Shown piece by piece: positions 54,213 through 63,650 of a DNA stretch of 64,000 nt. The stretch covers positions 22,834 to 86,833 of the forward strand of contig JBBDYB010000009.1 of NCBI GenBank assembly GCA_040901965.1, written 5' to 3'. Numbering within the stretch: position 1 is the stretch's first letter; the number at the start of each line of letters is the position of its first letter. The position numbers and the translations under genes were made by a program. Source of the DNA: Gemmatimonadales bacterium. Its GTDB lineage: Bacteria; Gemmatimonadota; Gemmatimonadetes; Gemmatimonadales; GWC2-71-9. The notes below the pieces were generated by a model. The model saw only the letters and a program-made list of their open reading frames with translations. It ran no database searches and was not told where the DNA came from.

Positions 54213-54889
54213 GGCTCGAGGAGCGCTTTGTGCGCGTGGAAGGCTTCGGCGTACCCCTCGGGCGCGCCGGCCTCGATGCCCCGCAGGCGCAGCAGCCCGT
54301 CGAACGTGTCGGCCGTGAACCAGCGCTTGGCGCGCTGGGTGGCGAAGGCGGCGAGGAGATGGCGGACTTTGGCCCGGCTCGCCGCGCGCGACAGCGGCAC
54401 GTAGAGATTGGGCCGGCCCAGGTCGCCGTCGTACTTCGGCACCTCGTACTCGAGGATCAGGTGATCGCGAAACGTATTCCAGGTGAGGTCCGACACGACG
54501 CGGTGGTCCTGGTGCCGGTCGCCGCGGTAGTGGGTGAACACCACGTCAGCAGCGCCGTCCGCCTTCAGCGCTGCGAATCGTTCCTTGATCTCCGCGTATG
54601 CCGCCGGGAAGAATCCGTCGCGGAAGGCGTGCACCTCCACCTGCGCACGGCGCGCCGCCCGCAGGAAGCGCCGCGCGCTGGCGCGTGCCTCACGCTCGCG
54701 CGGGCCCTCGCCCCCGCTGAACACGACCCAGCGGCAGTCGACCGGGCGACTGGCGAACAGCGCGCGCAGCGTCCCGCCGCACCCGATCTCGATGTCGTCG
54801 GCATGGGCGCCGACGCACAGGACCGACAGCACACGCTTTCCGTTGCGCGCGGGTGGAAAGGCCAGTCGCAGGGCTCCTGCACCCGTCAT
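54209..54889 (-). CDS. PIG-L/LmbE family deacetylase
   Basis: The internal ATG at 54889 gives ...VLCVGAHADDIEIGCGG...DRHQDHR. Confidence 0.85.
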   Translation of the reverse strand: MTGAGALRLAFPPARNGKRVLSVLCVGAHADDIEIGCGGTLRALFASRPVDCRWVVFSGGEGPREREARASARRFLRAARRAQVEVHAFRDGFFPAAYAEIKERFAALKADGAADVVFTHYRGDRHQDHRVVSDLTWNTFRDHLILEYEVPKYDGDLGRPNLYVPLSRAASRAKVRHLLAAFATQRAKRWFTADTFDGLLRLRGIEAGAPEGYAEAFHAHKALLEP

Positions 54890-55752
54890 AGGCGGGAGGT
54901 GACGCTCAGTGGCGGCCGGGCAATCGTGGCGCGGTCGGGGGACGTCCCTTGGCTGCCGTTCCCGTTGGCGTCCTCGGGGTGGTTCCACACCTGCCAGGGC
55001 GGATTGCCGCGCGCGTACATGTCGTCGAGCCGCTGTTTGTCTTTGAACGTGTCCATCGACGCGAGGAAGCCGTCATAGGGGTAGGCGAGGAGCTGATCCT
55101 CGCCGATCAGGCGCTGGAACGGCTCCTGGACGAGATCCTCTCCATCTTCGATGTAGCGGAAGATGTCCCGCTTGAAGAAGAAGTATCCGCCGTTGATCCG
55201 CAGATTCGTCTCCGTGATCGCCTTGATCTCGGCGACGCGCCCGTCCGGTCGAACCGACACGGCGTGATAGCTCAGGTTCGGCTTCACGCAGACGAAGCTC
55301 GCGACCTTGTTCCGGTCCCTGAAATACTCGAGCAAGGTGGGCAGGTGAAGATCGCTCAGCCCGTCGCAATAGTTCGCCATGAACCACTCGTCGTCGCCGA
55401 GGTACTTCTCCGCCGCCTTGAGGCGCCCGCCGATCGTCGTGTTCACTCCCGTATCGGCGAACGTGATCGTCCAGTCGGAGATGTCGCTGTTGACGAGCTC
55501 CAGCTTGCGCCCGCCCTTGGACAGCACGAAGTCGTTCGAGACGCACTCGTCGTAGTTCAGGAAGTATTGCTTGATCGCGTCGCCCCGGTACCCGAGGCAG
55601 ACGATGAACTCCTTATGGCCGAAATGCGCGTAGTACTTCATCAGGTGCCACATGATCGGCCGGTAGCCGATAGGGACCATCGGCTTGGGGACGTTTTCCC
55701 CCGCCTCCCGCAGCCGCAACCCCAAACCGCCGCAAAACAGTACCACTTTCAT
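54886..55752 (-). CDS. rfbF: glucose-1-phosphate cytidylyltransferase
   Basis: MKVVLFCGGLGLRLRE...PKPMVPIGYRPIMWHLMKYY, collinear with RfbF. Confidence 0.9.
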   Translation of the reverse strand: MKVVLFCGGLGLRLREAGENVPKPMVPIGYRPIMWHLMKYYAHFGHKEFIVCLGYRGDAIKQYFLNYDECVSNDFVLSKGGRKLELVNSDISDWTITFADTGVNTTIGGRLKAAEKYLGDDEWFMANYCDGLSDLHLPTLLEYFRDRNKVASFVCVKPNLSYHAVSVRPDGRVAEIKAITETNLRINGGYFFFKRDIFRYIEDGEDLVQEPFQRLIGEDQLLAYPYDGFLASMDTFKDKQRLDDMYARGNPPWQVWNHPEDANGNGSQGTSPDRATIARPPLSVTSRL

Positions 55753-56030
55753 GGTCGGTCCTTACTGCGCGCGAGGTCAGCCCGCGGCGAGTGCGATGTA
55801 CGGAATACCCGAATCCGATCGCATGCCGCCCACGATCGGCTCCGGCTCACGGTCGTACAAGAGACAGATGGCAGCTGGCCGGCGAAGAGTTGCCGGCGCC
55901 GGCTCTCATCGCTCACGCGGGCATCGCATAGGACCGAGTTCATCGCGGCACCTGCCCCTCCTGGGGTTTCGCCTAGTCGGGGGTGCAAGACATATGCCCC
56001 CCGCAGGCCTCGTGCGGTGACGGGGAGAGG

Positions 56031-57146
56031 TCAGATCGCGGCGGGAAGGTGTTGCAGCTCTGCTACAGGCAGGAGCGCCGTGTATCGCTGAATGTCTCGA
56101 AGCGTAAGCTCGGCCGCATCGACGCCGCGATGCGCGTCGCGGTACCACTCCACGATCCACTCGAGCGCCGTGTCAAGCGACACCACGGGCGTCCACCCCA
56201 GCTCGTCCCGCGCCTTGCTGCTGTCGAGCCGCAGGGAGTGCGTCTCGGCCGGATGGATATGGTTGGGATCGCGGTCCCATCCCACGCCCTCACCCCACAG
56301 CGTCGCGAATCGGTCGGCGATCCAGCCGACGGGCCGGGACGCCGGCGCCGGTCCAAAATTCCAACTGGTCGCGGCATTCGGATCGCCGGCGGCGAGGCGT
56401 TCCGCGACTTGCAGATACCCGCGCAGCGGCTCAAGCACGAATTGCCACGGCCGCACCGCCGCCGGATTACGGAGCAGCGCGGGCCGGCCGGCCTGCGCGG
56501 CGCGGACCAGGTCGGGAATGAGCTGATCCTCCGTCCAGTCCCCGCCGCCGATCGCGTTGCCGGCCCGCACGGTCGCGACGCCGATGCCGTGGTCCGACAG
56601 ACGCTCGGGCGGGAAATACGAATCGCGATACGCGGCGGCGACGAGCTCCGCGCACGCCTTGCTGTTGGAGTACGGATCGTGGCCGCCGAGGGGGGCGCTT
56701 TCGTTGTGGGGAGGGCGAACGCCGGCGTCCGATTGCGGGTCGTAGCACTTGTCGCTCGTCACGATCACGACCGCGCACGGCATCTCATTGCCGCGCACCG
56801 CCTCGAGCACATTGACGGTTCCCATCACATTCGCCGAGTACGTCTCGACCGGCTCGCGGTAGGAGCGGCGCACCACCGATTGCGCGGCCATGTGGATCAG
56901 CACTGCCGGCGTGTTCTCGCGCACCACTCGCTCCACCATGGCCAGGTCGCGCACGTCCCCCTGATAGGAGCGCATGCCGTCCGCCACGCGGGCGGTGTCG
57001 AAGAGGCTGGGTCGAGTGGGAGGCTCGAGCGCATAGCCGGTGACGTCGGCGCCGGCTCGTTGCAGCCACAAGCTCAGCCAGCCGCCCTTGAAGCCCGTAT
57101 GACCCGTGATCAGCACGCGGCGTCCGGACCAGAACTCGGCCTTCAC
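56031..57146 (-). CDS. rfbG: CDP-glucose 4,6-dehydratase
   Basis: FWSGRRVLITGHTGFKGGWLSLWL and YSNSKACAE. Confidence 0.9.
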   Translation of the reverse strand: MKAEFWSGRRVLITGHTGFKGGWLSLWLQRAGADVTGYALEPPTRPSLFDTARVADGMRSYQGDVRDLAMVERVVRENTPAVLIHMAAQSVVRRSYREPVETYSANVMGTVNVLEAVRGNEMPCAVVIVTSDKCYDPQSDAGVRPPHNESAPLGGHDPYSNSKACAELVAAAYRDSYFPPERLSDHGIGVATVRAGNAIGGGDWTEDQLIPDLVRAAQAGRPALLRNPAAVRPWQFVLEPLRGYLQVAERLAAGDPNAATSWNFGPAPASRPVGWIADRFATLWGEGVGWDRDPNHIHPAETHSLRLDSSKARDELGWTPVVSLDTALEWIVEWYRDAHRGVDAAELTLRDIQRYTALLPVAELQHLPAAI

Positions 57147-58579
57147 GCGGAAGCGCCTTCTCGCAGCAAACCGGCACGGAGCAGGTCATCAGCCGCGCGG
57201 CGAACGACGCCGAACGGCAGGGTGGCGCGCTCGGCAACGTCCAGCAGGCTGTGCGCGCCATCGGACTGGTTGAGCACCCAGAGCAGCGCCAATTCGTACC
57301 CGGGGACATCCGTCCCGCCCGTCGTGCGGTACAGCCCGCGCGTCCCCAGCTGCGGCTCGCAGCAGGGATGGGTGTTCACGTAGACCCGGTCTCCCTCGAG
57401 CAGCTGCACGACATCGAGCGCGCGGGCAAAGGAATCGCCGAGGTGGGCCGGCGTGATGAAATCGAGGTCGTCCGCCGACGTGTGGTACTCCCGATACTGG
57501 CCATTGGGGGTTCGCATGAAACAACCAACCGGCAGGTCGAAGCCGGGTGAGCAGTACTGCCGCTCGTCGTAACCGTACGGAATGAAGTCCATCAGCTCGT
57601 ACGGGGCGCCGGCATGACGGAGGACATGCGCCACGGTGCGATCGATAGGCGCGTTCCCCCGGCGGCTGCGCTTGTAGGTCAGGTGGCCGCGATCACCGAC
57701 GCACGCGAGCACGAGGCCATGCTGCACCCGCCGCGCGAGGGCCGGGTTCCGCGCCAGCCACGTGATGGCGCCGATGGTGCCGGGGATGAAGAGAAACCGG
57801 TACGTCCAGCGGCGGTGCTCGCGGGCGCTAAGCGCGCGCGCGAGCGCGACCGCGAGCGTGATCCCCGAGAGGTTGTCGTTGGCCAGCGCCGGATGGCAGC
57901 TGTGGCAGGAGAGCAGGACCTCGCGCGGATCGTCCCCCGGCAAGACACACTCGGCGTACGTGAGGCTGCCCGGCTCGAGGGAGCTGTCGATACACACCTC
58001 GTACGTGCCCTCCCGCAGCGATTCCCGGAGGCGGTGGGTGAGACAGAATCCCCACGTCTCGTCGTAATAGCTGGTGCGATAGGGCACCCAATCCGGATGG
58101 TCGGGCAGCGAGTGCAGGTGCGGACGCAGCTCGGCGAGCGACAGCGTCCGGCGCACCGGGACCGAGTAGTTCACGACGTGGAGCGTCGAATCCCGGAGAT
58201 CGATGATGCGCTCGCCCGCCGGGTCGGTCACCCAGGCGTCGCGGAGATTCCACTCCTTCGGGACGGTCCAGTCGAATACGGGCGTGCCGGTCGGCGTCTC
58301 GGTGACCGCCAGCGGGATCAGCTCGCCGATCCGGCGGATCGTCTCGCGGAACCCCTCGCCTGTGATGCTGCGCGGCAATGGGTACAGATCGGCGGCGAGA
58401 CGGTACATGGCCTCGCCCACGGTCAGAGAATTGACCGGATTGTCAGACCACACAAGCGCTCCCGCGCCGGGCACTGGAGGGGAGGGGGGAGACGCCGGCT
58501 GAACTGGCGCGCGCCCCTGCGCGGGAGCGGGGGCGGGGGCGGGGGCGGGGGGGACGCTAGAAGTCCGGGTACGCGCCAT
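57143..58579 (-). CDS. aminopeptidase-like (DUF4910/DUF2172) polysaccharide-locus protein
   Basis: MYRLAADLYPLPRSITGEGFRETI...HSCHPALANDNLSGI...C-terminal wHTH. Start uncertain: ATG 58579 adds an Ala/Pro tail encoded by a hexamer repeat. Alternatives are GTG 58453 and ATG 58408. Confidence 0.7.
   Translation of the reverse strand: MARTRTSSVPPAPAPAPAPAQGRAPVQPASPPSPPVPGAGALVWSDNPVNSLTVGEAMYRLAADLYPLPRSITGEGFRETIRRIGELIPLAVTETPTGTPVFDWTVPKEWNLRDAWVTDPAGERIIDLRDSTLHVVNYSVPVRRTLSLAELRPHLHSLPDHPDWVPYRTSYYDETWGFCLTHRLRESLREGTYEVCIDSSLEPGSLTYAECVLPGDDPREVLLSCHSCHPALANDNLSGITLAVALARALSAREHRRWTYRFLFIPGTIGAITWLARNPALARRVQHGLVLACVGDRGHLTYKRSRRGNAPIDRTVAHVLRHAGAPYELMDFIPYGYDERQYCSPGFDLPVGCFMRTPNGQYREYHTSADDLDFITPAHLGDSFARALDVVQLLEGDRVYVNTHPCCEPQLGTRGLYRTTGGTDVPGYELALLWVLNQSDGAHSLLDVAERATLPFGVVRRAADDLLRAGLLREGASA
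58527..58553. repeat. hexanucleotide repeat (CGGGGG)x3-4
   Basis: GCGGGGGCGGGGGCGGGGGCGGGGGGG was read directly. It encodes PAPAPAPA if ATG 58579 is used; otherwise it is intergenic. Confidence 0.7.
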
Positions 58580-59081
58580 CGCGGGGATGCAGAAGAGGGG
58601 GCGTCGCCGGCCATTCGATGCCGAACCGCGGGTCGTTCCAGCGGATCCCGCGCGCGGCGGCGGGCGCGTAGAAATGCGACATCTGATAGAACACCTGGCT
58701 GTCGTCCCGCAGCGTCTGAAAGCCGTGCGCGAACCCCGTGGGAATGAAGAGCGCGCGCCCCGTGTCGGCACAGAGCTCCACGCCCAGGTGCCGCAGATAG
58801 GTGGGCGAGGCCGGCCGCAAGTCGATGATCACATCCCAGATGGCGCCGTGCGTGCAGCGCACCAGCTTCTCTTCGGCGTGCGGCGGCTCCTGGTAATGCA
58901 TGCCGCGCAACGTCCCGCGGCAGCGGTTGTGCGAGATGCTCGCCTGGACCAGCCGGTCGGAGAGCCCGGCGCTCCGGAACTCCTGCTGGCACCACGTCCG
59001 CGCGAAGAAGCCCCGCTCGTCTGCGTGCCGCTCGAGGTCCACGAGCATCGCGCCGGCGAGCTCCAGCGGCGTGAAGATCAT
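58557..59081 (-). CDS. RmlC-fold sugar 3,5-epimerase (cupin)
   Basis: The internal ATG at 59081 gives MIFTPLELAGAMLVDLERHADERGFFARTW...LRGMHYQ...FIPTGFAHGF. Confidence 0.85.
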   Translation of the reverse strand: MIFTPLELAGAMLVDLERHADERGFFARTWCQQEFRSAGLSDRLVQASISHNRCRGTLRGMHYQEPPHAEEKLVRCTHGAIWDVIIDLRPASPTYLRHLGVELCADTGRALFIPTGFAHGFQTLRDDSQVFYQMSHFYAPAAARGIRWNDPRFGIEWPATPPLLHPRDGAYPDF

Positions 59082-60376
59082 CGGTACACCCGGACCGCGG
59101 GGACCGGCGTCACGAACTGGCCGCCCCATTCCCGGATGTAGGCGTGCTGCCCCATGATTTCGTCGCGGAGATTCCACGGCAGGATCAGCACGTAGTCGGG
59201 ACGGCTGTCCGCGAGCCGCTCGGGCGGATAAATCGGGATGCGCGTCCCCGGCGTATAGCGGCCGTGCTTGTACGGGTTGCGGTCCACCGTGAAATCGAGG
59301 AAGTCGGTGCGGATGCCGCAGTAATTGAGCAGGGTGTTGCCTTTCCCGGGCGCCCCGTATCCCACCACCCTCTTGCCCCGCCGTTTCGCATCGATCAGGA
59401 AGTCGAGCAGCTTCCGCTTGGTCTCCTTCACCCGCTCCGCGAACGAGGCGTAATAGTCGAGGCGGCTCATGCCGGCCGCGCGCTCGCGGCGGCGCAGCTC
59501 GTCGAGCCGGCCGGTCATCGGATGGGAGGTGTCGCCCGCGTGGCGGGCGTAGATGCGGAGCGATCCGCCGTGCGTGGGCAGCTCCTCCACATCGAACAGC
59601 GCCAGGCCGTGCGCCGCAAACAGCCGCTCCACGGAAAGCAGGGAGAAGTACGAGAAGTGCTCGTGGTAGATCGTGTCGAACTGGTTGCCGGCCACGAGCT
59701 GCATCAGGTGGGGGAACTCGATCGTCAGCACCCCGTGGGGCGCGAGCAGGATCTTCAAGCCCGCGACGAAGTCGTTCAGGTCCGTGACCTGGGCCATCAC
59801 GTTCTTGCCGGCGAGGACGTCGGCGCGGCGGCCCTGCGCGACCAGCTCCAGCGCCGTCTGGCGGCCGAAGAATTTCACCTGGGTGGGGATGCCGCGGTCG
59901 AGCGCGACCTTCGCCACGTTCGCGGCGGGCTCGATGCCGAGAGCGGGGATGCCGCGCTGCACGAAGTACTGCAGCAGGTAGCCGTCGTTGCTGCCGACTT
60001 CGATGACCTGACTCTGCGCCGTCAGCGCCCACCGGGCGATCATCGCGTCGGTGTACTTCCGGGCATGCGCCAGCCAACTGTCGGAGTACGACGAAAAGTA
60101 GGCGTACTCGGTGAAGATCTCCTCGCCGCTGACATACTCCTCGAGCTGGACCAGCCAGCAGCCCTGGCACACCAGGACGTGGAGCGGATAGAACGGCTCC
60201 ATCTGGTTGAGGCGCTCGGCCGGGAGGAAGCTCTCGGACAGGGGCGACATGCCCAGGTCCACGAACGTGTGGACGAGGGGCGCGGCGCACGACCGGCACA
60301 CGGGCGTACCGCGCGCTTGTGCTCCCGGCGACGAGATTCGCGTCCCGGGGCCGACCGGCTTGATCGTCGTAGTCAT
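59078..60376 (-). CDS. NDP-hexose C-methyltransferase (Zn-ribbon + SAM MTase + C-terminal C-methyltransferase domain)
   Basis: The internal ATG at 60376 gives CRSCAAPL...VCQGCWLVQL, VIEVGSNDGYLL, HEHFSYFS and GYGAPGKGNTLLNY. Confidence 0.8.
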   Translation of the reverse strand: MTTTIKPVGPGTRISSPGAQARGTPVCRSCAAPLVHTFVDLGMSPLSESFLPAERLNQMEPFYPLHVLVCQGCWLVQLEEYVSGEEIFTEYAYFSSYSDSWLAHARKYTDAMIARWALTAQSQVIEVGSNDGYLLQYFVQRGIPALGIEPAANVAKVALDRGIPTQVKFFGRQTALELVAQGRRADVLAGKNVMAQVTDLNDFVAGLKILLAPHGVLTIEFPHLMQLVAGNQFDTIYHEHFSYFSLLSVERLFAAHGLALFDVEELPTHGGSLRIYARHAGDTSHPMTGRLDELRRRERAAGMSRLDYYASFAERVKETKRKLLDFLIDAKRRGKRVVGYGAPGKGNTLLNYCGIRTDFLDFTVDRNPYKHGRYTPGTRIPIYPPERLADSRPDYVLILPWNLRDEIMGQHAYIREWGGQFVTPVPAVRVYR

Positions 60377-60572
60377 GATGTCCGGCGGCCAGAGCCAGCA
60401 ACTTCTAGGCCCCCTCCTGCCGCCCCGCACGCCGCCACGGATCGCCGCGCCACCCACCACGAGCACGATTGGTGTGGCAGCGCTGCGACAGTACGTCGGC
60501 CCGGCGCCACAGACGGCACGGCAAGCAAGGAGGGCAAGGTTGAGCTTGGTTCTTGCACCGTGGAGCGGCGAC

Positions 60573-61886
60573 ATGGCCCGCCGACTGCTCGTCATCAGCT
60601 ACCACTACCCGTCCGATAGCGAGGTCGGCGGGTTACGGTGGGCGGCACTGACCAAGCACCTCTCGCGGGAAGGTTGGGAGGCCTGGTTCCTGACCGCGGC
60701 GCCGGCCGTTTCCAGCCGCACTCCGGGTGTCACCGTGGAGTCGTGCGCAGCGGGCCGCACCGCGTCGGATCTCTACCGCAGCGTGCGGCGCGCCGCGCCG
60801 GCCGTTCCGTTGCCGCCTAATCGCGCGGATCTGGCCGCGAGCCGCCGCGGCGTGCGCGCCGCCTTGCTCCGGCCGCTCGCGGCCCTGCGCAGCGAGGCGT
60901 CGGGGTTGTTGTACCTGCTGAGCGAGGGCCGCGGCTGGACGCTGCGCGCGGCGCGCCGCGCCCGCGCGCTCATCGACCGCGTCCGGCCCGACGTCGTCGT
61001 GAGCAGTGGTCCGCCGCACGCCCCACACCTGGCCGCCTGGCTCGCGACGCGCGGCCGCGCCGGGGTGCGGTGGGTCGTGGACCTCCGCGATCCGTGGGCG
61101 GGCCCCGTGGCCAAGGCCTGGGAGAAGGACCACGCGGGGGGCGGCCGCATCGGCGCCGCCCTGACGCGCGCGGCCGAACGCCTCGTGCTCAGATCGGCGA
61201 GCGCGGTCTTCACGACGACGCAGGAGCTGGCCGCCGCGCTTTCGGCACAATATCCGCGCGCGGCCATCGCGTGGGTGCCGAACGGCGCCGATGCCGAAGC
61301 GCTTCCCCGCCCCAGCGCCGACCCCTTCCCCGGTCTCGCGATCGCGCACCTGGGGACGTTGTACGGGGGCCGCGACGCCGGCCCGCTGCTGCGCGCGCTG
61401 CGGCTGTTTCTCGACCGCTGTCCGGAGGCGCGGCGCGACGGCACGATGTTCCGCAACGCGGGCCAGGAAGAACCCACGCACGCCGCGGCCACCCGCCGCA
61501 CGGTCGCCGACCTGGGACTCGGCGATCACGTGGCGCTGCACCGGCCGCTGCCGCGGGCGCAGGCGCTCGAACTGCTGGCCCGCTCGAAGCTCGCCGTCGT
61601 GCTGGCGCAGGATCAGGACTACCAGGTGCCGTCGAAGCTGTACGAATCGGTCGCGATGGGGATCCCGACCCTGGTCGTCGCGGCCCGCGACAGCGCCACG
61701 GGGCGGGAGGCCGTCCGCGTGGGCGCCGTCGTCGCCGAGCCGGACGACCTGGAGGGTCTCGCGACCATGCTGGCGGAGCTGTGGGCGGGGGCGGGGGGCG
61801 TCCCCGCGACGCGGGCCGGTGTGTGCGACTATCGCACCCTCGCCCCCACGGTCGCCGCGTTGTTGAATGGCGAGAGCCTCGCGTGA
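60573..61886 (+). CDS. glycosyltransferase family 4
   Basis: The internal ATG at 60573 gives MARRLLVISYHYPSDSEVGGLRW.... The C-terminus has a PSKLYESVAMGIP-type E-x7-E region. Confidence 0.75.
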   Translation: MARRLLVISYHYPSDSEVGGLRWAALTKHLSREGWEAWFLTAAPAVSSRTPGVTVESCAAGRTASDLYRSVRRAAPAVPLPPNRADLAASRRGVRAALLRPLAALRSEASGLLYLLSEGRGWTLRAARRARALIDRVRPDVVVSSGPPHAPHLAAWLATRGRAGVRWVVDLRDPWAGPVAKAWEKDHAGGGRIGAALTRAAERLVLRSASAVFTTTQELAAALSAQYPRAAIAWVPNGADAEALPRPSADPFPGLAIAHLGTLYGGRDAGPLLRALRLFLDRCPEARRDGTMFRNAGQEEPTHAAATRRTVADLGLGDHVALHRPLPRAQALELLARSKLAVVLAQDQDYQVPSKLYESVAMGIPTLVVAARDSATGREAVRVGAVVAEPDDLEGLATMLAELWAGAGGVPATRAGVCDYRTLAPTVAALLNGESLA

Positions 61887-63400
61887 GCCGCGCTCGACGC
61901 ACTTGCCTCCCGCTTCTCGTGGCGCTCGCGGCCGTGTCAGGAGCGGGGGCATGCGAATCCCGAACGGACGCGATGCTTCCGCCATCCCCGCTTCCTGCGG
62001 CGCTTCCCCCGTCGCCTCCCCCCGTCCCCACGAACGCCGCCTGCCGGGACACGGTCGCGCCGGCAATCCCGGCGGCGCGGCGCACGTTCTACATCGACGC
62101 GGGAACCGGCGACGATCAGGCGAATGGCCTCACCCCGCGCACCGCGTGGCGCTCGCTCGCGAAGGCCAACAGCGCCGCCCAGCCGGGCGACCTGTTCCTG
62201 CTCAACGGCACGTTCAAGAAGCAGCTGATCCATCCGGGCCAGTCGGGCACGCCCACCGCCAAGATCGTGTATCGCGCGCTGGCGGGGGGAAGTGCGGTCA
62301 TGGACGGCGGCCAGTACGACGTCATCGCCTGGCTCGACGGCGTGAGTCACGTGGTCGTGGACGGGCTCGAGCTCCGCAACGAAGCGGAGCCGGTCGTGAT
62401 CCGGACGGGATCCAACCACATCTGGCTGCGGAACCTGTACATCCACGATGCCGGCAGCTCCGCGATTCACCTGGTGAACGCCAGCGACAACCGCATCGAG
62501 GACAGCCGCATCGAGCGCGTCGGCAGCGAGGATCGGAACGCCGGCGAAGGGATCTTCATCCAGGACGGCTCGCATCGCAATGCGATCGTGCGCAACACGA
62601 TCAGCCTGGCCGGCCATGGCGTCCTCTCGATCAGCTACCAGACCGCTACCGAAGCGTCGAGCGACGACAATCTGATCGAGCGGAACGACCTGTCCAATCC
62701 GTGGGCCGCGGGGATCGGGCTGAACGGCAAGGCGAACCGCACGATCGTGCAATGCAACCGCATCCACGACACCGCCGATGGGTCGAGCGTGAACTACGCG
62801 CGGCCCGGCATCGAGGTCGAAGGGCACGGCAACCTCGTTCGGTTCAACGAAGTCTTCCGCACGGGAGCCCAAGGCGTGTCGATCCAGGGACGCGAGCTGT
62901 TCGGGTTTACACAGAATGGCACCAGCAACCGCATCTACAACAATACGTTCTGGCAGAACGGCCGACGGAAGACCGGCGGCGGCCTGGGAAGTCTGCAGCT
63001 CATCCAGATGCGGCTGGGAAGTGTCCGCGGCAATGTGATCGAAGGCAATATCTTCTGGCACGACCAGGGGTTCAGCTTCGAGCGCGCGAGCTACGCCGTC
63101 ACCGCCGATCTCTATCATGCCGCGGTTCCCTGGCTCCCCGGGACCGCCAACACGAACATCGTCCGCAACAACGTCTTTCCATCCGCCCAGACGCTGCTGC
63201 TGGTCGTCCGCAGTGGTGCGGCCAACGAGATCTTTACGCTGCGGCGCGCGCAGGGGACGCTGGCCGGGTGGACCGGCAACGTGCAGACCGACCCCCTCTT
63301 TATAGATGAAAGCGCCGGCGAGGTACACCTGCGGGATGAGAGCGTTGCCCTACGCATGGGCGCGGGCGCGCACTGTGCTGACCGTTGCATCGTGCATTAG
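61883..63400 (+). CDS. right-handed parallel beta-helix lipoprotein (possible polysaccharide lyase/hydrolase/epimerase)
   Basis: GTG 61883 forms a GTGA overlap. The signal peptide LLVALAAVSGAGAC carries a lipobox. Repeated NxxIxxNxI-type coils follow (NRIEDSRIE, NAIVRNTIS, NLIERNDLS, NRIYNNTFW). Confidence 0.7.
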   Translation: MSRARRTCLPLLVALAAVSGAGACESRTDAMLPPSPLPAALPPSPPPVPTNAACRDTVAPAIPAARRTFYIDAGTGDDQANGLTPRTAWRSLAKANSAAQPGDLFLLNGTFKKQLIHPGQSGTPTAKIVYRALAGGSAVMDGGQYDVIAWLDGVSHVVVDGLELRNEAEPVVIRTGSNHIWLRNLYIHDAGSSAIHLVNASDNRIEDSRIERVGSEDRNAGEGIFIQDGSHRNAIVRNTISLAGHGVLSISYQTATEASSDDNLIERNDLSNPWAAGIGLNGKANRTIVQCNRIHDTADGSSVNYARPGIEVEGHGNLVRFNEVFRTGAQGVSIQGRELFGFTQNGTSNRIYNNTFWQNGRRKTGGGLGSLQLIQMRLGSVRGNVIEGNIFWHDQGFSFERASYAVTADLYHAAVPWLPGTANTNIVRNNVFPSAQTLLLVVRSGAANEIFTLRRAQGTLAGWTGNVQTDPLFIDESAGEVHLRDESVALRMGAGAHCADRCIVH

Positions 63401-63565
63401 GGAAAACCCCGCGACTCGTCGCACCTAACCAGTCCGAATGTGATCCATATCGCCTCGGGCGATGCCGTCCTGCTGTAGGATTGAGCCGCTGCTCAGAGCA
63501 AACCCGTCGAAAGACGGTGACGCAGAGCTACGGAGCTACCGCGGACAGTCCGCCACGCCTGCCGG

Positions 63566-63602
63566 GCCGCCAGCGCTGGAAACGTTGGCGGCTGTTTGTT
63601 TT
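63566..63602 (+). terminator. intrinsic terminator
   Basis: GCCGCCAGCG-CTGGAAA-CGTTGGCGGC followed by TGTTTGTTTT. Confidence 0.6.
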
Positions 63603-63650
63603 GCCGCCCAGTCGCGCCCGTTTTGATCTCGCGCCCCGGGGGGCAACGCA

